Below are positions 9,488 to 19,110 of a DNA stretch of 64,000 nucleotides, piece after piece. How positions within the stretch are numbered: the first letter of the stretch is position 1; every line of letters begins with the position of its first letter. The DNA comes from a phage. Made by a program: the position numbers and the translations under genes. The stretch lies in assembly GCA_025611195.1 (NCBI GenBank), contig GCA_025611195.1_4718.2; one strand, given 5' to 3'. The notes below the pieces were generated by a model. That model was not told where the DNA came from, did not search any database, and saw only the letters and a program-made list of their open reading frames with translations.

Positions 9488-10444
9488 TTAATGTAATACG
9501 CGATCTACTGGAATTGTCGACGCGTTGCTGGCGGACAGATTCGTTGCTTTACGATCAGGACTGAATCGACGAGCGTTCTCTTCATGGTAGTTAACCGGGT
9601 TATCCTGTTTCAGCAATTCTATTGCTTCATCAAACGCTAATTCCCTATAACCCTTTGGATATAGGAACAGGGGTTCGTCAATATCCAACCCTTTAACAAA
9701 CTCATGCGACAACCAAACGCTACCATCAGCACTGTAAAGAACAGGCTCAACATCATAATCCAAAACGTATTGATACCAGTAATTAAACAGTTGGGCGATC
9801 CATCGATTACGTAATAAATAATCGATTACAACCGCACTACGCACGCTATGGCACCAGCCGATCTTACCGTCAACTCTCTGCAACAACGTACCGTCATTTG
9901 CTTGGTGGATGACAGCATTAAATAACCAGGCAAGATCGGTTGCGAAAAGTGCCGCTTCTTGAATATCGCTAATGTAGCGCACAGGTATCGTCAGATGAGT
10001 GCGGTAATGCGCCATCGCTTCTTCGTAGTTGTCTCCTTCGATACAGAGAATACCATTTGACGACAGATGCCCCTGATTCAATGACTGACTGATATAAAGA
10101 TCAGCGATCGCGTTAATATGTTCGACGGTACCCAAGGTTAATTCAGACATAAAACGATCAACGTCAACGGACATCGATGTACCGGAAATGAACGGATTGG
10201 CTGGGCGAGCCGTATTAGAGAAAATAATCGACCAGATCGCTTCGTGTTTTTCATCCGATGGGACAAACGAAATATGGCGTTCTGCACTATTAGCATCAAC
10301 AGATACTTCTACTGTTTTCAAGCAGCTAGTACAAACATAACACGTGTTCGGCAACGGCATATCCGAAAACATATCGTAACGAATTGTCGCAATTGAAATA
10401 TCATGTCCGCAGTGAGGGCATGTGGTATCAATAAGTGTTCTCAT
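9488..10444 (-). CDS. hypothetical protein with N-terminal zinc-ribbon-like motif
   Basis: TCPHCGH ... CYVCTSC at N-terminus. Confidence 0.5.
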   Translation of the reverse strand: MRTLIDTTCPHCGHDISIATIRYDMFSDMPLPNTCYVCTSCLKTVEVSVDANSAERHISFVPSDEKHEAIWSIIFSNTARPANPFISGTSMSVDVDRFMSELTLGTVEHINAIADLYISQSLNQGHLSSNGILCIEGDNYEEAMAHYRTHLTIPVRYISDIQEAALFATDLAWLFNAVIHQANDGTLLQRVDGKIGWCHSVRSAVVIDYLLRNRWIAQLFNYWYQYVLDYDVEPVLYSADGSVWLSHEFVKGLDIDEPLFLYPKGYRELAFDEAIELLKQDNPVNYHEENARRFSPDRKATNLSASNASTIPVDRVLH

Positions 10445-10710
10445 TGTTGAATTCCTTTTGATAAGAATAACTGTATATCGGTAAACTGTTCTTTAGGAAC
10501 ATCGTCGGCAGCCGTTAGAACCTCAGGACCGTGTTCGTTGAGGTAAGCTTCTCGTTGAAGATGATAAAGTCGATTGGCTTCTTGGAACTCAGTGTCCGTC
10601 ATGTAAACCAACTTAAACTTCGAACGTTTATTCGGATTATATCTCTTATTACGTTTCTTTGGTTTCTTCGCCATAATAGCCTCGTGAAGGTGGATGGTAC
10701 ACCCATCCAC
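10441..10710 (-). CDS. hypothetical small basic protein (89 aa)
   Basis: ORF track; 4-nt overlap with downstream gene. Confidence 0.4.
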   Translation of the reverse strand: MDGCTIHLHEAIMAKKPKKRNKRYNPNKRSKFKLVYMTDTEFQEANRLYHLQREAYLNEHGPEVLTAADDVPKEQFTDIQLFLSKGIQQ

Positions 10711-10721
10711 CTTCCTCCATG

Positions 10722-11243
10722 TTAAAGTGCGTTCATTTCTTCAGGTGTGCGTACAGTGCGCGTGTTGGGATCGACCATTGCTGGTACGCCCGCAGGACAT
10801 TTACGGACATCAATCCGCATCTCAGGCTCGATCGGACGAACGCGATACGTTTTACCGTCGTCGGTTAACACCGAAATGGTCAACGCTTGGTTCAATTCAT
10901 TAACGAAGTTCACCAAACGCTGCTGCCCGCCTGCCGACCAGAAGTTGAGATCGGTTTCTCCGCTGAAATAACTGATTCCTTCGGCGGTCCCAATCGTGAT
11001 TTTAACGATGCCCGGATAGTCACGAAGAAGGGGTGCCTGATAACCTTCATCTTCCGTATCCAATTTTACCCACGCGCCTCCCGTAGACAAGCAGTTAACT
11101 TCCAAGGCGGTTGGCGCACTGACTTCTGCCGATGACCAGGTATACATCGTGCCTAGTTTAGCGTGTCCGGTTTCCAGCTCGCTGTAATCCCAAGCGTGTG
11201 CTGATGCCGTAATAAAGAGGGCTGCAAGAAACAACTTTTTCAT
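10722..11243 (-). CDS. putative secreted/periplasmic protein with Sec-type signal peptide
   Basis: N-terminus MKKLFLAALFITASAHA-WDY (n-h-c regions, AHA cleavage site); ATG at 11243 with AGGAAT RBS. Confidence 0.55.
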   Translation of the reverse strand: MKKLFLAALFITASAHAWDYSELETGHAKLGTMYTWSSAEVSAPTALEVNCLSTGGAWVKLDTEDEGYQAPLLRDYPGIVKITIGTAEGISYFSGETDLNFWSAGGQQRLVNFVNELNQALTISVLTDDGKTYRVRPIEPEMRIDVRKCPAGVPAMVDPNTRTVRTPEEMNAL

Positions 11244-11298
11244 TCTTTTCGATTCCTATTAAAAGTGACCGATTTCTGTGGTCAGGATTGCTAATACA

Positions 11299-11760
11299 TT
11301 AAATCTGGTTTTGTTTCCGTATTGCACGGTTACGTTTACGTTCTTGGTCTTTGACAGTACCAAGAAACTTCCTTAATTCTGACGGTTCGAGCGTACCCTC
11401 ACGTACCACGCCGTTTTGTTCGATATGGTACGACCAATAACCAACTTCAGCTGTTAAAGATAACGTTGTTGGTTGCGCATCAGGCAACGATCGGGGTGAG
11501 AAAATAAAGAGTAATTCAAAAGGCGTTTCTCGGCTGATGGTGGGACGGATACTAACGTCAAGCCCCTCCCATCGCTGCGGCTTAAATATTCCTCCGGCGG
11601 CGACGATTGTCTCCGAGCGTTGGTCTACAAGCTCAGCTAATTCACGATCGTCATTGAAATAAATATCGTGAAGGATATCTGTGTCGATAAAAAACCCGCG
11701 CTCCAAATCGTGACGAACAATTGAATTCTTCATTCTAACGCCTTTGTTGTTTGTTTTCAT
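11299..11760 (-). CDS. hypothetical protein (153 aa)
   Basis: ORF track. Confidence 0.45.
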   Translation of the reverse strand: MKTNNKGVRMKNSIVRHDLERGFFIDTDILHDIYFNDDRELAELVDQRSETIVAAGGIFKPQRWEGLDVSIRPTISRETPFELLFIFSPRSLPDAQPTTLSLTAEVGYWSYHIEQNGVVREGTLEPSELRKFLGTVKDQERKRNRAIRKQNQI

Positions 11761-11807
11761 GTCCTATACGAACACGAAAAACCGTTAATTTTTACCTTGA
11801 TTGCGTG

Positions 11808-12095
11808 TTAAAATTCCACACCGCGACCGGTCATCGACGAAGGAACCGTGCGATAATAGAAGTAGATGTAATGGTCACGATGGCTAAAATAGTTTTTGCA
11901 AGCATAGAACTCTCCAGATCCAATGAATGATTTAATACGTGTAACTTGAGGGTGTCGTTCGATTAGCGCTCGTAGGACGATTTCCATTTGGTGTGCGCTC
12001 AAGCCTGGTCGAGCTGCGACATGATAATGAAGCTCCTTAAGAAATCGTTTCCAGGGTTCGGGTTGTGTCGACGATCGAGACATCGTTATCTCCAT
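11808..12095 (-). CDS. hypothetical protein (95 aa)
   Basis: ORF track. Confidence 0.4.
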   Translation of the reverse strand: MEITMSRSSTQPEPWKRFLKELHYHVAARPGLSAHQMEIVLRALIERHPQVTRIKSFIGSGEFYACKNYFSHRDHYIYFYYRTVPSSMTGRGVEF

Positions 12096-12121
12096 AGCAG
12101 GTACCGGTAACGCGGCATAAA

Positions 12122-12139
12122 CCCTCCCCGAAGGGAGGG
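12122..12139 (-). terminator. CCCTCCC-CGAA-GGGAGGG hairpin
   Basis: 7-bp perfect stem, 4-nt loop, immediately downstream of the stop at 12150. Confidence 0.5.
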
Positions 12140-12149
12140 CGGTTAATGA

Positions 12150-12707
12150 TTACTCCATCCATACTTCTTCGTCGTAATGATTTTCTATCGCATTACGCCA
12201 AAAACGTACGGTGTCCAAACTAATCGGTGCGTAAAAATGTTGGTCAACGCCTACATTAAGTCCGTTGGCCTTCGCTAACATACAGCGATGAATATGCCCG
12301 AATAGATTGAAGTAGCCCGGGTTTCTTTCGCTGGGTTTATGGCATAGCCAGTAGGATTCGTCATTGCTAATCGGCAATACCAACGGATGTTCATAAACAG
12401 CAGCAAACCCCATACCGAGCAGTTTATCACGCCACGCGTCGAAGCTTAATCCTGTCGCTTTGTATGCGTCTTCGTCCCAATTCCCCATTACCAATTGAAC
12501 CTGGATATCAGAACGAATGGCTTCCACGAACTCGAACTTACCCCAATCACCTAAATGCCACAACACACTGTTCTTTGGAAGATTGTTGATGGCTTTCAGC
12601 ATATGTTGGTTCATATCGGCGACGCTTGCGAACGGACGGCGTGAATACGTCCATGTACGCTCGCTATCGAAATGGGTATCCGATGTAAAGAAGATGGGTG
12701 GGGTCAT
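12150..12707 (-). CDS. calcineurin-like metallophosphoesterase
   Basis: SDTHF, GDWG, GNWD and GHIH motifs in order. Confidence 0.65.
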   Translation of the reverse strand: MTPPIFFTSDTHFDSERTWTYSRRPFASVADMNQHMLKAINNLPKNSVLWHLGDWGKFEFVEAIRSDIQVQLVMGNWDEDAYKATGLSFDAWRDKLLGMGFAAVYEHPLVLPISNDESYWLCHKPSERNPGYFNLFGHIHRCMLAKANGLNVGVDQHFYAPISLDTVRFWRNAIENHYDEEVWME

Positions 12708-13186
12708 TGATCTAATTGCTCCAGAAATGCGCGACCCGATTTACTTGCTTTTAAATGCTGTTCTGCGGAAGTAAGCAGAAGATCGGTTGGTGTGAATGCA
12801 GCGCTACCTTTCCACGCCGTTTTCAGTTTACCCTTTTCGATACTGAACTGAATCAGTTGTTGGGTACCGAAGTTAAGCGTGTTCGTCGCGGCGCTAAATA
12901 CACCACCCATCATGCTGTAACCAAAGACTTTCACATTTTCCGTGTAGAAGTCATTGTCGATCAATTTGTTCTGGAGCTCGAGTTGATCGGACGGCAGCAA
13001 TCCCCCATCAAAGACACTTAAAATACCAGCCAGGCGATACATACTCACCTTCCCTGCAACGCCCACCACGTAATTGCCATACACGGTTTCTTCCAGTTTA
13101 GCAACAACGGTGCGATCGTCGGAGGTTTTCATCGAAACCTCAATACCATCACCAACTTCTGTCAACGTTAAATCAACGATACTCAT
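12704..13186 (-). CDS. hypothetical protein (160 aa)
   Basis: ORF track; ATGA overlap with 12150..12707. Confidence 0.45.
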   Translation of the reverse strand: MSIVDLTLTEVGDGIEVSMKTSDDRTVVAKLEETVYGNYVVGVAGKVSMYRLAGILSVFDGGLLPSDQLELQNKLIDNDFYTENVKVFGYSMMGGVFSAATNTLNFGTQQLIQFSIEKGKLKTAWKGSAAFTPTDLLLTSAEQHLKASKSGRAFLEQLDQ

Positions 13187-13208
13187 TCATCATTCTCCGC
13201 TTTCATGT

Positions 13209-13895
13209 TTAACACATGATTTCACCATGTTTCTTTTCAACATACGTATAAACATCATCCAAATAAGCAATGAGTTTATCCCGATTTGCACAAAGCGATT
13301 TAATCACCGCAATCTCTTTCATATAAAGCTGCTGACCTAACGCCGGATAAGTAATCCAAGCATAGCCGTCAGGCGCAAATTTAGAAATAAGATAATCGGC
13401 GGTTTCCTGTAGTGCGAACTCTTTACTCATCTGACCGTAACGATGTTCGATTGCACGGATACCAAAACGTTCGCTATCCAGACGACCCATATCCGCCAAA
13501 CGAAGCACCTGAGAAGCAACCGAGCTACGTGGACCGGAGTATGAGGCGCGGTGTTCAGCAATAAGTACACGTATCTCCTCGATGTCTTCTGGTGTGAAAA
13601 TATGTTGCTCGTTACGAAGCAGGATAACCGATGCACGAATACCTCCGATAAGGTGGTGGTACGTTCTGTTTTCGTGGCATGCAATATCATGCATAAAAGC
13701 GGCAGTTAATAGACGACGACGTTCCGTGGGTCTGATGATGCCAACCACATCGGCAAGTTCATTTGCCAATTCGACAACAGCAAGCACGTGTTCTTCTTGA
13801 TGAGCAAGATCATTTTTACGAATATTATCAATTACTTCAGTGCGTGTTTCCTGAGATAAGAAATTTAGACAATCCAACGAATATAAAGATTTCAT
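13209..13895 (-). CDS. putative HD-domain phosphohydrolase
   Basis: H..H ... FMHDI motif pattern; ATG at 13895 with AAGAGGT RBS; TATATTAC promoter motif upstream. Confidence 0.5.
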   Translation of the reverse strand: MKSLYSLDCLNFLSQETRTEVIDNIRKNDLAHQEEHVLAVVELANELADVVGIIRPTERRRLLTAAFMHDIACHENRTYHHLIGGIRASVILLRNEQHIFTPEDIEEIRVLIAEHRASYSGPRSSVASQVLRLADMGRLDSERFGIRAIEHRYGQMSKEFALQETADYLISKFAPDGYAWITYPALGQQLYMKEIAVIKSLCANRDKLIAYLDDVYTYVEKKHGEIMC

Positions 13896-13943
13896 CGCAC
13901 GTACCTCTTTGAATCGGTAGATAGATTAATAGATATTGATTAC

Positions 13944-13968
13944 TCACGTAAGTAATATAGCCGTGAAA
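13944..13968 (-). promoter_or_regulatory. candidate phage early promoter (minus-strand TTTCACGGCTATATTACTTACGTGA)
   Basis: One of four near-identical 25-nt motifs with invariant TATATTAC, 50-70 nt upstream of the minus-strand ATG at 13895. Confidence 0.5.
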
Positions 13969-14048
13969 GGATTTGTGTTGGTCCGTTTCGATGCCCATCG
14001 TATTTTATGGATTGTCGAATGACGTCATTTTTAAGGGACATCCCCGAC

Positions 14049-14077
14049 CTCCTCCCCACACCTTTCCTGGGGAGGAG
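14049..14077 (+). terminator. 10-bp hairpin (CTCCTCCCCA / TGGGGAGGAG) followed by TTTTAT, in the 5' leader of the helicase gene
   Basis: Perfect inverted repeat with 9-nt loop then T-run on plus strand; no plus-strand gene upstream. Confidence 0.4.
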
Positions 14078-14111
14078 TTTTATCATACTTTCTATTAATT
14101 CGAGCGCGATT

Positions 14112-16193
14112 ATGTTGGATAGAATCAATCGTTTAATGAACCGAATGACGGTTAAAAATCAGAGTAACAATACCGTGCATATCGGGGGTATCGATGCGTG
14201 GCGTCTTTCAGATGACATTCAGCGTATATGGGGTACCTCCCGATTTATGAAACACATGTTTCGTAATTTCTCTTCTAGTGGACTCAGTCTCCACAACTTT
14301 TACCTTCCCGATTTCGTTTATATTCTCGAAACGATCATCGAAGCAAAGAATACCCGTAGTAACAAACGCATGCTGAAACACCTTATCGAGATACTACTGC
14401 AGGAAACATGGTTGCAAAATACCACCATCGAGCAGCCTGCAATCCTCGATAAAGCACGCATGAACAAAATGCTAACGCTCTCTTTGTTCGATTATCAAGA
14501 TGAGTTCATCGACATCTATAACCGTAATGTACCTAAGTATCGACTGAAAGGATACGTGTGTGCGATGGGTGCTGGTGCTGGTAAAACGATCACAGCATTG
14601 GCATTAAGCGCCGCAATGAACGTCGATGTATTTGTGGTCTGCTGCCCTAAGAACACCATGCGTTCAGCATGGCAATCCGATGTAAACAAAGCCATCGTTG
14701 ATCCTGCAACAGAAACCGCGTTCTGGTCGGATACAATGCCACCATCACAGCTGCAGAAAAGCGATAAATACTATTTTTTACATTACGAATCGATGGGCTT
14801 ATTAAACGATGTGATGATCAAGCATAAACGCACAGCGAAGCGCGTTCTTATTGTTGTTGACGAAAGCCATAACTTCAACGACAAGAACAGCCAACGTTCC
14901 CAGCGACTGGTTGATCTTGTACAGACAATGCGTCAAACCATGAATGCGGATGTGCACGTCTTGTTTATGTCGGGTACGCCTGTTAAACAGATGGGTTCTG
15001 AGATGATCCCATGTTTAGGTTGTATCGATCCGATGTTCCAAGGACAGGTGGTCGATAGCTTCAAAGCAATTTACGGTTTAACCAGCAGCCGTGCTAACGA
15101 TATCCTCAGACATCGTCTTGGGTTCATGATGCATGTCGTACCTAAAGAGGCTTACCGTAAAACCCGTCCGGAAGTTCAGGACGTTTACGTGAAGCTCCCT
15201 AACGGTAGCGATTATACCATCTCGAGCATTCGTGACGACATGGCGATATTTGTACGCGATCGGGCGAAGTATTACAAGGATAACTGGGGACATTACCGAA
15301 AGATTTTTGATGATGCCTTGGACTACTATCGTAAGACTATTCGTACCGACGGAGAACGTAAAGAGCTATCTCGATACGAATCGATTGTTGCGCGTTTCCA
15401 GAAAGGTTACGATCCCGTCAGAGACAAAGAAGATGCGATGTTCTGCAACGCGTTTGAAAAACGTTCCATCATGCCAGTTCTTCCTTCTGATTTAAGGGTT
15501 GCTTTCAAAGACGCCAAGAGCGTCATCAAGTACGTTGGGTTGAAAATTCAGGGTGAAGCGTTGGCGCGTGTTCTGGGCGCAGCGCGCATTCGGTGTCATG
15601 TCGACATGGTGGAATACATCGACTTCGAAGAGTACATCAATAACGCCGAAGCCAAAGTGTTGATCTTCACATCGTACGTTCAGGTGGTTGAACGCGTCGA
15701 TAACATGCTTCGTGATGCGGGCTTCTTACCGGAACCCATTTACGGGAAGACCAACAAAAACATCAACCAAATACTTGCCCGTCTACGCGACGATCCTGAC
15801 AGCGGTCCCGCTATCGCAACATTTGATAGCTTAGCTGAAGGGGTTCCGATGCTGATGTGTAATGTGGGTCTTTTCCTGAACAACCCGTGGCGCTCATCCG
15901 ATGAAATCCAAGCCATCAGCCGTCTCGATCGTGTAGGGCAAACGCAACCTGTTCGGATTTATCGTTTCATGTTAGATACAGGAAGCGAAGGTAACGTTTC
16001 TACACGTAGCCACGAAATCATGGAGTTAAGTCGGCAGCTTGTTGAAGAAATCACGGGCGTCAAATACGTGGTGAACAAGCAAGATGATGTTAACTTGCAG
16101 GAAACGTTAGCGATGGAAGGATACGATCAATACGTTACCGTAAACACCTCGGAATACGATATTAAACCACGACCTGCGTTCTTGGAATGGTAA
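14112..16193 (+). CDS. SF2 helicase / SNF2-like ATPase
   Basis: Walker A GAGAGKT, DESH (motif II), SGTP (motif III), C-terminal helicase domain; start set to first ATG after the leader hairpin (ORF track 14007 is probably too long). Confidence 0.65.
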   Translation: MLDRINRLMNRMTVKNQSNNTVHIGGIDAWRLSDDIQRIWGTSRFMKHMFRNFSSSGLSLHNFYLPDFVYILETIIEAKNTRSNKRMLKHLIEILLQETWLQNTTIEQPAILDKARMNKMLTLSLFDYQDEFIDIYNRNVPKYRLKGYVCAMGAGAGKTITALALSAAMNVDVFVVCCPKNTMRSAWQSDVNKAIVDPATETAFWSDTMPPSQLQKSDKYYFLHYESMGLLNDVMIKHKRTAKRVLIVVDESHNFNDKNSQRSQRLVDLVQTMRQTMNADVHVLFMSGTPVKQMGSEMIPCLGCIDPMFQGQVVDSFKAIYGLTSSRANDILRHRLGFMMHVVPKEAYRKTRPEVQDVYVKLPNGSDYTISSIRDDMAIFVRDRAKYYKDNWGHYRKIFDDALDYYRKTIRTDGERKELSRYESIVARFQKGYDPVRDKEDAMFCNAFEKRSIMPVLPSDLRVAFKDAKSVIKYVGLKIQGEALARVLGAARIRCHVDMVEYIDFEEYINNAEAKVLIFTSYVQVVERVDNMLRDAGFLPEPIYGKTNKNINQILARLRDDPDSGPAIATFDSLAEGVPMLMCNVGLFLNNPWRSSDEIQAISRLDRVGQTQPVRIYRFMLDTGSEGNVSTRSHEIMELSRQLVEEITGVKYVVNKQDDVNLQETLAMEGYDQYVTVNTSEYDIKPRPAFLEW

Positions 16194-16198
16194 TTAAG

Positions 16199-16227
16199 AA
16201 GCTCTGCCTGATGTCAGGCAGAGCTTT
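16199..16227 (+). terminator. rho-independent terminator after helicase gene
   Basis: AAGCTCTGCCTGA-TG-TCAGGCAGAGCTTT: about 12-bp stem followed by T-run, 6 nt after the stop. Confidence 0.6.
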
Positions 16228-16292
16228 ATGCTGCGTTCGCTGCAAAATCGTATGACGTATATGCGTTGTACTTATTAAATAGGACTGAATAC

Positions 16293-17744
16293 ATGAAACT
16301 CAAACAAAGCTGGAAAGACGAACTTCTTGCGTTAGTAAATAGCAAAAACAGTTTACAGCTGACATTAGACGACGTAAAATTTGAACTAACTGAACCGGTA
16401 AGCGAAGTGCCCGGAACGGTTACTGTCACGATCAAACCGAACGATGATAGCCGTTACTTTAACGAGCAGTCTCTGACCTACGTTCGTCGAGACATCGCTA
16501 AAAACTTCACCGGGATCCCGTTACGGGTTATCGTTAAAAATGATACCGCCGTAAAGGATATCATCAACACGATCGCTGAACGTTACGGATTGGTATTTGA
16601 CACAACCGTCGACTTCCTCGAATCCGAGCTGAATAAACAAATTACGTTCGCAGACACCGGTATTAAAGACATCACGGTTCCGGTTGCAAACACGTCTTAT
16701 GTTTGGGCTGGTAATCTTCAGTTCAACATTGCTAACGATACGTTAAGCTTGATTACGATCATCAAGAAAACCGATCTTACGAATCTGGTTTATCTGGATG
16801 GTGTTGAAGCTGATACAACGGGATCGTTACTATTAGCAACGACCTCGGTTATCGACGAAAACGGAAATACCGAAACAACTGAAGGTGTCCTTGACGCCGC
16901 GCACTTCCAGAATGTCCTGAACGTCATGGTTCGTTATGGTGATATTACCAACGAACAAATGCAACAAGCAATGCAGACAATTAACCAAAGCGAAGACGTT
17001 CGTAGAGTAGAGGTGAGATCATACGGTGACGCCGAATTACTGGTAACCACCAAGAAAGATTGGGCTATCGGTAGCCTTAAGGGTGCTATGGCTGTTGGAC
17101 GCGCTTCACCTAAACCGATCCAATACGTTCTTAAAACAAAAGGCGGCAGCATTATATTATCATTAAATGGTTGGACAAATGTTTCCATCGATTGGGGTGA
17201 TGGGAATAAGACGACGGAGGACTCAGTCGATAATGAATATCGGCACAATTATACGGACACTACAGAACGTACGATCGTCGCTACGGGTACCCCTACCAAC
17301 GTTGAAGATACAGAGGTACAGCAAAGCTTCACCGGTGGTAACATTACAGAAATCGTTGACTGGAACAACGGATTACCTAAGGCCCCATCATTACTTGCGG
17401 CGAACAGTTTAACTAAGGTTCCTAATTATATCCCGGCATACTGGACATCGTTAGAAGGTATGTTTACGAGATGTAGCGTTATTAACGACGTGAACATCAC
17501 CAAATGGAACACCCGCAACATTACTTCAATGAAGGACCTCTTCTACGGTTGCGCTGCGTTCAACCAACCGATCGGTTCGTGGGATGTTTCGTCTGTTAAG
17601 AATATCGACAATATGTTGTCTGGATGCTTCGCGTTCAATCAGGATCTGAGTGGTTGGACATTCCCGGCAGGCACTTCACACATTAACTACGACGCCATGA
17701 CCGCCGTGTGGAGTACTGAACACAAACCACACTTCACCGAGTAA
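16293..17744 (+). CDS. putative virion/surface protein with C-terminal DUF285 (BspA-like) repeats
   Basis: C-terminal repeats of the form MF..C..FNQ.I..WDVS.V.N...M; ATG at 16293 with AGGA RBS (ORF track start 16266 is a TTG). Confidence 0.55.
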   Translation: MKLKQSWKDELLALVNSKNSLQLTLDDVKFELTEPVSEVPGTVTVTIKPNDDSRYFNEQSLTYVRRDIAKNFTGIPLRVIVKNDTAVKDIINTIAERYGLVFDTTVDFLESELNKQITFADTGIKDITVPVANTSYVWAGNLQFNIANDTLSLITIIKKTDLTNLVYLDGVEADTTGSLLLATTSVIDENGNTETTEGVLDAAHFQNVLNVMVRYGDITNEQMQQAMQTINQSEDVRRVEVRSYGDAELLVTTKKDWAIGSLKGAMAVGRASPKPIQYVLKTKGGSIILSLNGWTNVSIDWGDGNKTTEDSVDNEYRHNYTDTTERTIVATGTPTNVEDTEVQQSFTGGNITEIVDWNNGLPKAPSLLAANSLTKVPNYIPAYWTSLEGMFTRCSVINDVNITKWNTRNITSMKDLFYGCAAFNQPIGSWDVSSVKNIDNMLSGCFAFNQDLSGWTFPAGTSHINYDAMTAVWSTEHKPHFTE

Positions 17745-17762
17745 AAAAAATAGTTAGCATAT

Positions 17763-17795
17763 CTTCCTCCCTACCCATAACGGGCGGGGAGGAAG
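17763..17795. terminator. bidirectional hairpin (CTTCCTCCC / GGGAGGAAG) between convergent genes
   Basis: 9-bp inverted repeat between the plus-gene stop (17744) and minus-gene stop (17813). Confidence 0.55.
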
Positions 17796-17812
17796 GTTTA
17801 TGTGGCTATGAC

Positions 17813-18151
17813 TTAGAACCAGAGTTCTTTCATGAGGTAGGCTTCCATATCGTAGATAAGCCACTCGTCAGGAATTTCTAAAGGATCGTCTTCGGTTAAG
17901 GTCAGCATGTGCAGGGCGAACGCACGCTTAATATCGTTCAGCAGTTTCTCGTCGTCGTAACCTTCAGGTAACTTACGGTCTACCAGTTGGGTTTGTTTAT
18001 AGACAGCACAGAACGCTTCTGGGCTGTGTTTGTCCATCGGAAATTGTTCAGCAGCCTGAACCATCGTCAACGTCCAGCTTACAACATTGTAGCGCTCACC
18101 GTTAATTTCACTGAACTGATCATCGATTAAACAGATTTGTTGTACGTTCAT
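17813..18151 (-). CDS. hypothetical protein (112 aa)
   Basis: ORF track; ATGA overlap with upstream gene. Confidence 0.45.
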   Translation of the reverse strand: MNVQQICLIDDQFSEINGERYNVVSWTLTMVQAAEQFPMDKHSPEAFCAVYKQTQLVDRKLPEGYDDEKLLNDIKRAFALHMLTLTEDDPLEIPDEWLIYDMEAYLMKELWF

Positions 18152-19041
18152 TCATTTTCTCCATTCTTATCTTGGTCGCAATCACACTCTTCGACGTCTT
18201 TCTTACTTAAACGCAAGACACCAAGTGCGGCATGCTTGAGTTCTTGCAACGCGCTTTTCAGCTGACCTTCTTCATCGAAATCAAAATACTTCTCGTTGTA
18301 GCTTAATGCTGGAATCATATTTACGAGAGGCTCGATGGCAGGCATCAACATTTCAATAACAACCTTAGGATCAACAAAGCGTTCAAACCCTTCAGGAAGT
18401 TTGCTCGCCACAACCTTATCGTTCTTGATGAAGAATTTGTTCTTGAATAAATCGTCAAGAATAGCGTTCTCTTCATCCGTACGTTTTGCGTGAGGACGAT
18501 CGATCATCTGCACAAACACATCACTCAACGCTTCAGGCAGGGTCGGATTTTCACGAAGAGAAGTTCCAGCCGGAATTTCAATATCGATCTTTGCCCACTC
18601 AACAACCTGGTGATCTCGTGTGTAGATAACATCGACTTCCCACGCCAGGCCGTCCGGACTTTCCACAGTGTAACGTGTTTTCGCTTGACCTTCCGGAGCC
18701 ATACGCTCAATGGCATCAAACATCTCGACTGGGATTTCGACTTCGCTTTCCGTTGCATCGCCTGGACCACGATACACCTTCGTGGTCATGATGTATTTCG
18801 GTTCTTCGTTATCGATCTGTATCGCACGTGCGCGTACCTGACCTTTCACACCACCAACGGCCGTGTTATCAAACAACCATTGATGTTGCACCATATGTTC
18901 GATTTTTGATGCGACTTGACGAAGACGTTCAACACCGTCCTCAGCCAGTTTACCAAAGAAGACCAGCTCACGTTCCTGCTGTGTCTCACCACTTAACATC
19001 ATTAAATTGGCGATTTGTTTCACGCCTCTTACTTTTGACAT
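18148..19041 (-). CDS. hypothetical protein (297 aa)
   Basis: ORF track; acidic C-terminus. Confidence 0.5.
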   Translation of the reverse strand: MSKVRGVKQIANLMMLSGETQQERELVFFGKLAEDGVERLRQVASKIEHMVQHQWLFDNTAVGGVKGQVRARAIQIDNEEPKYIMTTKVYRGPGDATESEVEIPVEMFDAIERMAPEGQAKTRYTVESPDGLAWEVDVIYTRDHQVVEWAKIDIEIPAGTSLRENPTLPEALSDVFVQMIDRPHAKRTDEENAILDDLFKNKFFIKNDKVVASKLPEGFERFVDPKVVIEMLMPAIEPLVNMIPALSYNEKYFDFDEEGQLKSALQELKHAALGVLRLSKKDVEECDCDQDKNGENE

Positions 19042-19056
19042 ACATGCTCCGGTTAT

Positions 19057-19078
19057 AAGGGCCTGCTTCGAGGCCCTT
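19057..19078. terminator. hairpin AAGGGCC / GGCCCTT with T-run on plus side
   Basis: 7-bp inverted repeat, 8-nt loop, followed by TTGATTTTTTGATT. Confidence 0.4.
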
Positions 19079-19110
19079 CATTGATTTTTTGATTCCACCA
19101 AACGCTATCG

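Noticed and set aside
14007-14111. Track start of the helicase ORF at 14007
   Set aside because: It would translate through the 14049..14077 hairpin; the first ATG after the hairpin (14112) was chosen, though no strong RBS is evident.
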